A DNA stretch of 50,147 nucleotides from Chiloscyllium plagiosum. Taxonomy: Eukaryota. Within the stretch, counting starts at the first letter, position 1. Every line of letters starts with the position of its first letter. The notes beneath the pieces were generated by a model, which was not told the DNA's origin, did not search any database, and was given only the letters and a program-made list of their open reading frames with translations. Below, piece by piece: positions 11,641 to 23,925 of the stretch. The position numbers were made by a program, and so were the translations under genes. The stretch is taken from contig NC_057752.1 of NCBI RefSeq assembly GCF_004010195.1, positions 14,675,289-14,725,435 of the forward strand. The letters are read 5' to 3'.

Positions 11641-13487
11641 GGTTTGGTGGCTTCAGTCCATGATTTGGACAGATTTAGAGAGATCCAGTCTGGGGTTTGG
11701 ACAGATTTGAACAGATCTGGGTTAGGAAAGATTCCAGAAGATTTGAACGCTTGCTGATTACTGTCCTAGATCTTTAAATAAAATGTAGGTGAGACAATAT
11801 GTTTAATTTTGGTCACTTGTGGTTGGTTTAATTAAAGTGAGTGAAATGGCTCTTAAAATTGCTAAAGAGGTTCTGGGTTTGAAGATGATTCCCAAATTTG
11901 CCAAGAATGTTTAGAAGGAAAGAAAAAGACCTTACTTTTGGAATTAGCAAAGAGGTTAAAATCGGGAATAACCCAGGAAAAATGTAAAGCTGAAATTGTA
12001 AGGGAGTTACTCCAACACTAAAGTGAGTCAGAGAAACAGACAAATGCAGTAGAGTTAGTAAACCTGAAATTACAACTGAGGAAAGTGGAGTTAGAATATA
12101 AACAAAAAGAGAGAGGAAAAAGAGAGAGAGAGAAGGTTCTTAGCTGAGCAAAGAGAGAGAGAGAGAGAGAATTAGTGCTTCAGAAATTGCGACTTAGGAA
12201 ATTCAAATTAACAAATGGAGATAAAGAAAGAAGGCAGTGATATATACACACACAAATATGTTATAGTTCAGACTAAACTGGTAGGCAGAGCGAGCAAGGT
12301 ATTTGCAGTGCTGTCAGATGAGGGGTGAAGAGATTATGAAGAGGTCAAACAGGCTATTTTCAGTGCTTACAAATTGGTACCAGAAACGTAAAGACAGCGG
12401 TTCAGAAACATAAAGAGGGAACCAGGTCAGATTTACATTGAGTTCAAAAGAATTAAACATAGCCATTTTGATAGATGGGTGTAGGACTTAAAAATAGATA
12501 AGACCTATGAGCCTCTGAGAGATTATTCTCCTGGAAGAGTATCAAAACTCACTTCCAAAGATGATAAGAATTCACGTAGATGAACAGAAAGTTCAACAAG
12601 TGAGAAGAGCAGCAGAGATGGCAGATGAATATACACTGGTGCATAAGGCAAACTTTAGCTTCTGGCAAGAATTTCATCCTGTGAGGGGTATAAATTGGGA
12701 GAAGGAGAGATCGTATACTATGTAACAAAAAATAGAGAACACTGGTAAGAGTTTACCACAGGTTAAAAAAGAAGCCCAAGAGGGTGGAAAGGAGATGAAA
12801 GGTCTCAACTGTTTCCACTGTGGTAAAGTGGTAAGGTTGTTAAAGTGCTGGTTGTTAAAGAAGGGCACTGTGGGTAAAGATGTGCTCAAGGAAGCTCAGC
12901 TAGTGGCAATAGTGAAAGTAGGAAAAGAAACCCCAAAAAATGTTGAGGAGCTGCAGGAGAGTGCACAGGCTAGGCAGGGGCTAGGTATGGAGATAGTGCT
13001 TGATCTCTATAAAAAAATTCGCCTCTGTGGGTTAAAGTTACGCAGAGCGGGGTCAGAAGGGCAAGAAGTTACAATTTTGAGAGATACAGGATCTAACCAG
13101 ACTCTAATAGTAATAGATAAACATATTTGCACTCTTTCTGACCTGTTAGCCGAGAGAATGGTAATTTGTGGGATAGATGAACAGAAATTTAGTGTTCCCT
13201 TACATAAGATCAGCTTGGAGTGCCAACTCAAGACTGGAGAATTAACAATGGGTGTGATTGATAGAGTGTCAGTTCCAGAAATCCAGTTTGCTCTTGGGAA
13301 TGATTTAGCAGGATCCAAGGTGGGAGTGACACCCCTTTTGTGGAGAAGCCCAAGGAAGACCAAGAAACTGAGAAGTTAAAACAGTAATATCCTGGTATTT
13401 TCCCAGACTGTGTGGTAACCACATCCCACTACCATAAGTCATAACACAAAGTGAAAAGTAAGAAGAAAGATGAAGGAGTTGAGGTTC

Positions 13488-13763
13488 AGCACAGTGGTTA
13501 GCACTGCTGCCTCACAGCACCAGAGACCCGGGGTTCAATTCCCGCCTCAGGCGACTGACTGTGTGGAGTTTGCACATTCTCCCCGTGTCCCACTGTATCC
13601 CCGTGTCTCTGGTTTCCTCCCACAGTCCAAAAAATGTGCAGGTTAGGTGAATTGGCCATGCCCGTAGAGTTAGGCGAAGGGGTAAATGTAGGGGTATGGG
13701 TGGGTTGCGCTTCGGCGGGTCGGTGTGGACTTGTTGGGCTGAAGGGCCTGTTTCCACACTAAG
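13488..13763 (+). mobile_element. HE1-like SINE in Gypsy pol (copy 1)
   Basis: GCACAGTGGTTAGCACTGCTGCCTCACAG head (A-box-like), GGTTCAATTCC B-box-like motif, conserved tail. Confidence 0.9.
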
Positions 13764-14234
13764 NNNNNNNNNNNNNNNNNNNNNNNNNNNNNNNNNNNNN
13801 NNNNNNNNNNNNNNNNNNNNNNNNNNNNNNNNNNNNNNNNNNNNNNNNNNNNNNNNNNNNNNNNNNNNNNNNNNNNNNNNNNNNNNNNNNNNNNNNNNNN
13901 NNNNNNNNNNNNNNNNNNNNNNNNNNNNNNNNNNNNNNNNNNNNNNNNNNNNNNNNNNNNNNNNNNNNNNNNNNNNNNNNNNNNNNNNNNNNNNNNNNNN
14001 NNNNNNNNNNNNNNNNNNNNNNNNNNNNNNNNNNNNNNNNNNNNNNNNNNNNNNNNNNNNNNNNNNNNNNNNNNNNNNNNNNNNNNNNNNNNNNNNNNNN
14101 NNNNNNNNNNNNNNNNNNNNNNNNNNNNNNNNNNNNNNNNNNNNNNNNNNNNNNNNNNNNNNNNNNNNNNNNNNNNNNNNNNNNNNNNNNNNNNNNNNNN
14201 NNNNNNNNNNNNNNNNNNNNNNNNNNNNNNNNNN
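13764..14234. other. Assembly gap
   Basis: Run of N flanked by near-identical 1.5-kb copies. Confidence 0.99.
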
Positions 14235-15468
14235 TGGGTAATGCTAGTTCAGACTAAACTGGTAGGCAGAGCGAGCAAGGTATTTGCAGTGCTGTCAGAT
14301 GAGGGGTGAAGAGATTATGAAGAGGTCAAACAGGCTATTTTCAGTGCTTACAAATTGGTACCAGAAACGTAAAGACAGCGGTTCAGAAACATAAAGAGGG
14401 AACCAGGTCAGATTTACATTGAGTTCAAAAGAATTAAACATAGCCATTTTGATAGATGGGTGTAGGACTTAAAAATAGATAAGACCTATGAGCCTCTGAG
14501 AGATTATTCTCCTGGAAGAGTATCAAAACTCACTTCCAAAGATGATAAGAATTCACGTAGATGAACAGAAAGTTCAACAAGTGAGAAGAGCAGCAGAGAT
14601 GGCAGATGAATATACACTGGTGCATAAATGCAAACTTTAGCTTCTGGCAAGAATTTCATCCTGTGAGGGGTATAAATTGGGAGAAGGAGAGATCGTATAC
14701 TATGTAACAAAGAATAGAGAACACTGGTAAGAGTTTACCACAGGTTAAAAAAGAAGCCCAAGAGGGTGGAAAGGAGATGAAAGGTCTCAACTGTTTCCAC
14801 TGTGGTAAAGTGGTAAGGTTGTTAAAGTGCTGGTTGTTAAAGAAGGGCACTGTGGGTAAAGATGTGCTCAAGGAAGCTCAGCTAGTGGCAATAGTGAAAG
14901 TAGGAAAAGAAACCCCAAAAAATGTTGAGGAGCTGCAGGAGAGTGCACAGGCTAGGCAGGGGCTAGGTATGGAGATAGTGCTTGATCTCTATAAAAAAAT
15001 TCGCCTCTGTGGGTTAAAGTTACGCAGAGCGGGGTCAGAAGGGCAAGAAGTTACAATTTTGAGAGATACAGGATCTAACCAGTCTCTAATAGTAATAGAT
15101 AAATGTATTTGCACTCTTTCTGACCTGTTAGCCGAGAGAGTGGTAATTTGTGGGATAGATGAACAGAAATTTAGTGTTCCCTTACATAAGATCAGCTTGG
15201 AGTGCCAACTCAAGACTGGAGAATTAACAATGGGTGTGATTGATAGAGTGTCAGTTCCAGAAATCCAGTTTGCTCTTGGGAATGATTTAGCAGGATCCAA
15301 GGTGGGAGTGACACCCCTTTTGTGGAGAAGCCCAAGGAAGACCAAGAAACTGAGAAGTTAAAACAGTAATATCCTGGTATTTTCCCAGACTGTGTGGTAA
15401 CCACATCCCACTACCATAAGTCATAACACAAAGTGAAAAGTAAGAAGAAAGATGAAGGAGTTGAGGTT

Positions 15469-15759
15469 CAGCACAGTGGTTAGCACTGCTGCCTCACAGC
15501 ACCAGAGACCCGGGGTTCAATTCCCGCCTCAGGCGACTGACTGTGTGGAGTTTGCACATTCTCCCCGTGTCCCACTGTATCCCCGTGTCTCTGGTTTCCT
15601 CCCACAGTCCAAAAAATGTGCAGGTTAGGTGAATTGGCCATGCCCGTAGAGTTAGGCGAAGGGGTAAATGTAGGGGTATGGGTGGGTTGCGCTTCGGCGG
15701 GTCGGTGTGGACTTGTTGGGCTGAAGGGCCTGTTTCCACACTAAGTAATCTAATCTAAA
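15469..15759 (+). mobile_element. HE1-like SINE in Gypsy pol (copy 2)
   Basis: Matches 13488-13763, same insertion site; AATCT tail. Confidence 0.9.
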
Positions 15760-18705
15760 GTAGTGGACACTCTGTTTGACGTAATGGTGCAGGAAAAACC
15801 TGAACAGGCACTTTAAGGGTCAGGCAAAAGTGCTTAGTCCTGAAAGACTAATGGATTTACAACAGAAAGATGAGACAATAAAAAATCGATATGTTGATGC
15901 TTACTCAGAATAGGAGGGAGAGAATATTCCTGAAGGTTATTATCTCAAAGATAGAATCCTCCGGCGAAAATGGAGACCATGGCAGGTTAGTGCAGAGGAG
16001 AAACGGGCCGAAGTGCATCGGTTTCTGTGGCTGTTAGCATAAAGACAGGAAGTGTTACAGGTAGCACATGAACTACCTGTAGGAGGTCACCTAGTGGTAC
16101 GAAAGACTCATGTTAAGGTACAAAAGCATTTCTATTGGTCTGGAATGCACAGGGATGTGGTTAATTTCTACCATATGTGACATACATGCCAAATGGTAGG
16201 TAAGCTACGGACAGTTATAAAACCAGCACTTTCCCCACATTGGAAGAACCTTTCACGCGGATAATGATTGATTGTGTTGGCCCTTTCCCGGGAACTAAAA
16301 GTGGAAACCAGTACTTGCTACCAGATGTCTGGAGGCAATTCCATGATGGAGTATTAAGGCAAAAAGGGTGAGCGAGGACTTGGTAGCTTTCTTCACACAG
16401 TATGGGCTATTCAGAGAGATTCAGTTGGACCAAGGGTCTAATTTTACTGCTAGGATGTTGAAGGAAGTCATGGGTAGCTTAGGTATATGGCACTTTAAAT
16501 CAAGTGTGTATCATCCTGACCAGGGGGCTTTGGAAAGGTTGTATCAGACCTTGAAGACCATGTTGAGAGCATGCTGTCAGGATTACCTGAATGATTGGGA
16601 CAAACGTATCCCATCTATATTGTTTGCCATTGGAGATACCGCAAACAAATCTACTCAGTTTACTCCCTTCGAGTTATGAACATGAAGTGAGAGGCCCTTT
16701 GAAATTAATTAAAGAAAAATTGACAGGACCAAAGTCGGAGATCTCACACTTGGATTAAATATCGGAGATGAGGGAGAGATTAAATAGAGAAGGTGAGTTA
16801 GCCAAACAGCACCTAAAGAGGGCACAGCATAGAATGAAGCAGGTGGCAGATGACAACTCTGAGACTCGGACATTTTCCCGAGGGGATGATGTATTAGTAC
16901 TGTTACCAGTGATAGGAGAGTCCTTCAAAGCCAGGTTTAGTGGTCCCTATCAAACTGAGAAAAGGTTGAACTATCTAGTAAAGATGCCAGATCGAAAAAA
17001 AGGTATCGAGTGTGTCATGAGAACATGTTGAATACTAGAGAGAAAGAACTGGAGAAACAGGGGGTAATTACTGCCACACAAAGTGAGGAATCAAATTCAG
17101 ATATTGTGGATATTGATGTGCCTCAAAATATGTTAAAAAACAAAGAAGTCCTTGAGGAGTGGGATAGGTTCGTAAACTATCTATCTCAGGAGCACAGAAC
17201 ACAGTTGAAAGGTTTGTTCTGCAGTATAAGGGCTTTTGTAGGAATCAAATGGGGAGGACTAATGTTACTGTATGTGAAGTAGACGGATGGAATACTGTTC
17301 TGATAACACAGCACCCCTATTGGCTTAATCCTTTCAAAGCCAGACAGGTCCAGAAGAAGGTGGAGGCCATGCTTAACGAGGTTATCATTGAACCAAGCCA
17401 GAGCGAGGGGAGTTGCCGATCGTCTTAGTTCCCAAAACGGACAGGACTGAATGATTCTGCGTGGATTACTGGAAGGTCAACATCGTTACAAAATCGGACT
17501 CATATCCAATACAGAGTTTGGAAGACTGTATCGAGAAAGTTGGACAAGGCAGTTACATCACCTAGTTGGACTTACTGTGTGGTTACCAGCAGGTACCTTT
17601 ATCACAGATGACGAAAGGAATCTCTTTGGCGTTTGTAACCCCAAATGGGCTACATGAATTTAAAATGATGCCCTTTGGAATGAAGAAAGCACCTGCCACA
17701 TTCCAAAGACTCATAAACAGCACTGTGGCTGGATTAACTAACTGTGCAGTCTATTTGGACGATGTAGTGATCTTTTGTTAGTCCTGTAAAAATCTCACGC
17801 TACAGCTAGCAAAGCTCTTTGAATGACTATGAGAAGCAAAATTGGTGATAAACTTAAATAAAACTGAATTTGCAAAAGCAGAGGTGATTCTCTTGGGACA
17901 TAACATCGGTCATGGAATGCAAAGATGAAGGCCATTGAGAAATTTCCACGACCAAACTCAAAGAAAGAGGTGTTTCGATGTTGGGACTAAGCGGATTCTA
18001 TGGGACGTTTGTTCCAAACTTCAGCAGTGAAGTGGCACCATTAACTGATTTGTTGAAGAAGAACATAAAATTTTGGTAGACAGAACAATGCCTGGAGGCA
18101 TTCAACTATTTAAAAGCAGCATTAACCACTGCACCAGTTTTAGTTACACCAAATGTTTGGAAAACTTTCAAAGTTGAAGCTAGTGACATTGCATTTGGAG
18201 CGGTACTGCTCCAGGAAGATGATGATGGGATTGAACTGCCAGTTGGTTACTTTGTGAAGAAAATCAGCATCCACCAGAAGAAATACTCCACGATCGAAAA
18301 AGAACTATTGAGTTTGGTGCTGGCCTCACAACATTTTAATGTGAATGTCATGAACAATATGTCAGAGACGGTTGTGTACATTTTCACAATCTTCTTACAT
18401 TCTTGGAATGCTTTAAAGACAAGAATATGAAACTACTCCATTGGAGTCTTATGTCACAGACTTTTAATTTACAAATCATACATGTTGTGGGTCATAACAA
18501 TGTAATTGCAGGTGCGTTATTGTGGATTTAACTGATAAAGTATAGATCAGATTGGTATCTACTCAGTTATATATATGTGTGGGAAGAAGTTAATATGAAG
18601 TTAGATTAAAGTAATATGTATGTTATGATAATGTGGTTAAGGAATAGAGGGAAAAATGAAGCCATCTTTTCATTATGATGGTTCATTTTTTCTTAAGAGG
18701 GCTAG

Positions 18706-19411
18706 TGTTATGAAGGTGTAGAGGTGTATTGTACCTTTGAGAGAGAGGAAGCTAGCAAGGACTGACTGAATGCACAGTGTGTCCTGGACAAGGTATAAAT
18801 GTAACACTTGATTGAAACAAATAGCTGGTGCTGTGTTTCCATGGAACAAAAACAAATTCAAGTTCGGACAATCAGTTTAAATTATGCCCCAGATACCAAA
18901 ATCCAATTGAATTTGAATTTTACTGTTTCAGATGACATCAAACCAATGAAGTGATCTAATGTTTTGGGGTATAAAGCTAGACACTTTGCTCAGTTAAGGG
19001 AAGGACTGCCAAGAAAACCAACAAGTATAGATGTGAGACGAATAGCTCTCTGAAGGGTACCTGTTCATATGAAAAACGTGTGAAGCAGAATACTGAAGAA
19101 AAGATGACAGAGGAAAATCTACAGAGGAAGATACAAAAGAGAAGATTTGATAGCTGGCTGGTTTTGAAATTTGAATGTTTTTTGTAAATCTTAATTGAGG
19201 TTTTTATCGGGCCAGTATTGTATAGTGGGAGGTAAAAGATAGGTTTAATGTTCTCTTTTGGACTTAAAGAATAAAACTGGTAATTGTTACATTAAATAGT
19301 GGCCTCTGGGATAGTTCTTTGCCTCTCAAAATTTAATAGATTACAGCGCAAGGTGAACTTCTCTGTGAGTTGGGTTTAAGTTAGCAGAGGGGTTTACCCT
19401 GTGTCGTAACA
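18706..19411 (+). mobile_element. Gypsy 3' LTR (~706 bp)
   Basis: Preceded by purine tract AAGAGGG; termini TGTTATGA...TCGTAACA; TATAAA at ~18970 and AATAAA at ~19270. Confidence 0.88.
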
Positions 19412-19759
19412 ATTTGGGGACACCACTCATCATGTACACCACAGGTACTCATCTGCCCTGGTCAACTGCAGGCAAAGATATCCCAAGGCATGATACATTG
19501 GTAAGACCAGGCAGACACTATGACAATGGATGAATGGGGACCACGCAACAATCACCAGACAGGGGTGTTCCCTCCCAGTTGGGGAACACTTCAGCGATCA
19601 GGAACATTCAGCCTCGGATCTTCCAATGACCAACCTCCAAGGTGGACTTTGGGCTAAACAACGCAAAGTGGCCAAGCAGAGGCGGATAGCCAAGTTCGGT
19701 ACCCATGAGGATGGCCTCAATTGGGACCTTGGGTTCATGTCACACTACAGGTGACCCCA

Positions 19760-20010
19760 CTACACTATACACAACACACACACACACACTTACATACTCT
19801 CACAGAACCTCTCACGTCCACACGCTCTCTCTCAGAACACACACACACCCCTCACACTCACAGCCACACCCACACAAACACATATACACCCTCTCACAGG
19901 TTTATACTCCATCACACTCACACACCCACTCTACCAAGTGCACACACATGCAAGCACACAGACACACACATTCTCTTTCTCTCTCTCTCTGCCATACACA
20001 CACACACATA
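19760..20010. repeat. Degenerate (CA)n/(CT)n microsatellite in the Penelope 3' UTR
   Basis: Direct inspection. Confidence 0.85.
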
Positions 20011-20400
20011 TAAGTCTATAGGGTGAATTTGCATTTGTAGAATTGCAATCACAGATACATTCTATTTTGTTCAAAGTGCACGCAACCTGCAGGTAGTCAA
20101 TGCAAAAGCAGTAAATCCATGTAACATTTTATAAATTCCTACTTTGGAAATAGAACCAGTCTGGCTAATGATGAGGATACAGACAGACTCTAACCTTACA
20201 CTTTTAAAGCATTGTCTGAGCTGTCACATTTTTTCATAAAACCTTAAGTTATCTTGAGAATGTGACTGGAAAGAAGTTCTGGGTTTTACATATTAATGAA
20301 CCGAAACCTGCAACCCAGTCTAAATGAAGGAAAACTTAACAGCAATATGGGTTTGTTCAATATATCATTTTAGTTGCATGATACTATAATCTTTTGCTAT

Positions 20401-21592
20401 AAGAAAGGATCAAGACAAAAGATGGAAAATTATAGGCCAATTAGCCTCACCTCAGTTGTTGGTAAAATTCTAGAATCCATCATTAAGGATGAGGTTTCTA
20501 AATTCTTAGAAGAGCAGGGTTGGATTAGAACAAGTCAACATGGATTTAGTAAGGGGAGGTCGTGCCTGACAAACCTGTTGGAATTCTTTGAAGAGGTGAC
20601 AAGTAGGTTAGACCAGGGAAACCCAGTGGATGTGGTCTATCTAGACTTCCAAAAGGCCTTTCATCAGGTACCACACAGGAGGCTGCTGAGCAAGGTGAGG
20701 GCCCATGGTGTTCGAGGTGAGCTACTGGTATGGATTGAGGATTGGCTGTCTGACAGAAGGCAGAGAGTTGGGATAAAAGGTTCTTTTTCGGAATGGCAGC
20801 CGGTGACAAGCGGTGTCCCGCAGGGTTCAGTGTTGGGGCCGNNNNNNNNNNNNNNNNNNNNNNNNNNNNNNNNNNNNNNNNNNNNNNNNNNNNNNNNNNN
20901 NNNNNNNNNNNNNNNNNNNNNNNNNNNNNNNNNNNNNNNNNNNNNNNNNNNNNNNNNNNNNNNNNNNNNNNNNNNNNNNNNNNNNNNNNNNNNNNNNNNN
21001 NNNNNNNNNNNNNNNNNNNNNNNNNNNNNNNNNNNNNNNNNNNNNNNNNNNNNNNNNNNNNNNNNNNNNNNNNNNNNNNNNNNNNNNNNNNNNNNNNNNN
21101 NNNNNNNNNNNNNNNNNNNNNNNNNNNNNNNNNNNNNNNNNNNNNNNNNNNNNNNNNNNNNNNNNNNNNNNNNNNNNNNNNNNNNNNNNNNNNNNNNNNN
21201 NNNNNNNNNNNNNNNNNNNNNNNNNNNNNNNNNNNNNNNNNNNNNNNNNNNNNNNNNNNNNNNNNNNNNNNNNNNNNNNNNNNNNNNNNNNNNNNNNNNN
21301 NNNNNNNNNNNNNNNNNNNNNNNNNNNNNNNNNNNNNNNNNNNNNNNNNNNNNNNNNNNNNNNNNNNNNNNNNNNNNNNNNNNNNNNNNNNNNNNNNNNN
21401 NNNNNNNNNNNNNNNNNNNNTCTTCAAGGCAGAGATTGATAAATTCTTGATGTCACAAGGAATTAAGGGCTACGGGGAGAATGCGGGTAAGTGGAGTTGA
21501 AATGCTCATCAGCCATGATTGAATGGTGGAGTGGACTCGATGGGCCGAATGGCCTTACTTCCGCTCCTATGTCTTATGGTCTTATGGTCTTA
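20401..21592 (+). mobile_element. Relatively young 5'-truncated CR1 (spans the gap 20842-21420)
   Basis: Uninterrupted RT frame NYRPISLTS..SQHGF..YLDFQKAF..GVPQGSVLGP; tail CCTATGTCTTATGGTCTTATGGTCTT. Confidence 0.9.
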
Positions 21593-21623
21593 AATTCTGT
21601 GTCTTATGGTCCTGCTCCACAAA

Positions 21624-21657
21624 CACCTGAAGAAGAACAGCGCTCCGAAAGCTAGTA
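21624..21657 (+). ncRNA. Hammerhead ribozyme motif, family A (stem II damaged)
   Basis: CAC-CTGAAGA-AGAACAGCGCTCC-GAAA-GC-TA-GTA. Confidence 0.6.
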
Positions 21658-21749
21658 CTTCCAGATAAACCTGTTGGACTCTAATCTGGTGATGTGTGAT
21701 TTTTTTACTTGTCCATGCCAGTCCAACCCTGGCACCTCCACTTCTTGGG

Positions 21750-22545
21750 TGAAGGTTGAGTCAGATATTGTGTCACTGCATTGGTTTCCTTTTTCTCCTC
21801 TGCGGTCTATCACTCCTTCTGGGTGCCCTTTGTTTCAGTTTTCTTACTGGAGGGTGACATCTTTCTGTCCTTTGGGGGACCATGGCATGTGTTGCCATTT
21901 CCGGCCACTGAGCTTATGTGGTGACCCCAAGCCACTCCTACATCTTGTCTTAAGCAGACATTGTACAAGTAGCCTGCTTCCCCAAGCAGATTACAGCACT
22001 TGGACTCTTTACAGTCCTTTGTAAGGTGCCCCCACCATTTGCAGTTCCGGCAGAGGTTTATTTTGCAATCTGCTGTCATGTGCCCTGATCTCCCGTAGGT
22101 TTGGCATACTCTAGGCTGGCCAATGTATGTCAGGTAGTCTTGGCTGCCTCTGATTGTGAGGGCAGTGGAGGGTGTTCCCACTGCCATCCACCTTCAGGGT
22201 CACCTTGACCTGCTGTTTCTGGTTCAGATCCCAAAGGGATCCACAATATCAGTGCTGCCTACTTCAACCTGTACAGATGTCCCCAGGAAGGTCAGGGCAT
22301 CTGCTGCTGGGATGTAGCTGTCATACATATAGATTGTAACAAGCCGGCTCCTCTGTGCAGAGAGAATGAGCAATGATGCTGCAGATGGAATGGAGAGAGG
22401 ACCTTGACCTTCTTTCTACTCAAATACCTTCACATTGCATCATGCTTCTGAATGTCACAGCGAACTACTCCTGTTGGGGAAGTCCTGCTCCACCTTCTTC
22501 ACTGTCATCTTCACTGTATTTTGGATCCTCTGACCTGGAATGAAA
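21750..22545 (-). mobile_element. Tx1/L1-type ORF1 (ZCCHC3-like gag-knuckle protein) fragment, pseudogenised
   Basis: LTYIGQPRVCQTYGRSGHMTADC..CRNCKWWGHLTKDC..CNLLGEAGYLYNVC (three CCHC knuckles); upstream RLVTIYMYDSYIPAADALTFL..DPFGI*T. Confidence 0.85.
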
Positions 22546-23074
22546 AAGATAGAATTAAGCCTTTTAAGAATTAGAATTAAGAATTTAATACCAGAGACTG
22601 AATCAATCCAATGCTGACTGCCCACTGTTAACCAGCTGTTGATGAAAACTACTTCACTTAAACTCACATTCTAGAAACTGATTAATACATGTCCATAATA
22701 GCACTGGAAAATGGGACAGGCTGGGTGGCTCTTTCAGGAGCTGGTACAGACATAATGGTTCAAATGGCCTCCTGTACTGTAAAACTCGATGTCTATGCTT
22801 TCTTAATGAAGGAAAACGCTGATTTACAATACATTAATCCCACCTCAGTTTGTCAGATTATGACATGCAGAAATAGAAACTCAAGGTGAGATGCAGAAAA
22901 GGACAGTGTGACGAAGACAAGGACCAGTCTTTGTTGGGACAGAGACTGGCAGCATAAGAGAAAACTCACTCACTGTCACACAGCCAGTAGCTACTGAAAG
23001 AAAGTGTATGAAATTGAGCCTCTCAATTATTTCCATATATGAACAGTTGTAAATTGACTCTCAAAATCATTGAT

Positions 23075-23630
23075 TGGCTGGAGGTCCATGACTAATGGCA
23101 GGGATCCGCACTGGACCGCTGTTGTTTGAGATTTATATAAATGTCTTGGGTGAAAATGTAGGTGGATAAGTTAGTAAGTTTGCAGACAACACAAAGATCA
23201 GTGGAGTTGTGGATTATGTGGAAAGTAGTCAAAAGTTACACTGGGATATAGATCATTGGAGATATAGGCAGAGAAACGGCAAATGAAGTTTAATCCGGGT
23301 AAGTGCGAGGTGTTGCACTTTGGGAGATTAAATGTTAAGGAAAAGTATACAGTTAATGGCAGGACTCTGAACAGCATTGATGTACAGAGGGATTTTGGGA
23401 TCCTAGTCCATAGTTTCTCGAAAGTGGCCACACAAGTAGATAGAGTGATAAAGAAAGCATAAGGCATGTTTCCCTTTATTGGTCAGAGCATTAAGTACAA
23501 GAGTCAGGAAGTGATGTTGCAGCTTTATAAAACTTTGGTTAGGCTGCACTTCGAATATTGCATTCAATTCTGGTCACCACGTTACAGGAAGGATGTGATG
23601 GCTTTGAGGGGGTGGAGAAGAAATTTACTA
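23075..23630 (+). mobile_element. CR1 RT fragment
   Basis: SKFADNTK, KCEVLHFG and EYCIQFWSP motifs. Confidence 0.88.
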
Positions 23631-23749
23631 CGATAATTTCTGATCATTCAATTTTTATGTATTTCTTTGCATTGTCCAAATCACATTTTATCAATTCAAC
23701 CCTAAGATATGTATATTATTTCGTGGTCATTGGCTGGCCAGTATTTATT

Positions 23750-23925
23750 AGGCGAAACTGAGGACTGCAGATGCTGAAGATTACAGTCAAGGTTAGAGTG
23801 GTGCTGGAAAAGCACAGCAGGTTAGGCAGCATCCTGATGAAGGGCCCCTGCCTAAAACGTTGATTTTCCTGCTCTTTAGATGCTGCCTGACCTGCTGTGC
23901 TTTTCCAGCACAACTCTAATCTTGA
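23750..23925. mobile_element. Family-B Penelope-derived hairpin insert with hammerhead in the loop
   Basis: ~46-bp inverted arms (~23788-23833 / ~23879-23925) around CCTGATGAAGGGCCCCTGCCTAAAACGTT; 12-bp TSD CCAGTATTTATT / CCAGCGTTTATT. Confidence 0.8.

Larger units (their letters stand above)
11846..18531 (+). mobile_element. Gmr1-type Gypsy LTR retrotransposon gag-pol, pseudogenised; part duplicated across the gap
   Basis: gag MALKIAKEV.., CFHCGK knuckle, protease ILRDTGS, integrase (AHELPVGGHL..C..CQ; IDCVGP; DQGSNFTA) at ~15900-17000, then RT (PFGMKKAPATFQR..YLDD) at ~17250-17900, then RNase H (YSTIEKELL) at ~18150-18530; many stops. Confidence 0.93.
19414..21745 (+). mobile_element. Penelope-like element 3' part: GIY-YIG endonuclease, (CA)n, 3' UTR and hammerhead-bearing terminus; split by a CR1 insertion
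   Basis: YIGKTRQTL.Q.MNG..ATITRQ.CSLPVGEHFS..H...QRKVAKQRRIAKFGTHEDGLN (GIY-YIG); UTR breaks at 20400 and resumes at 21593; terminus CACCTGAAGA..GCTCCGAAAGCTAG. Confidence 0.85.
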
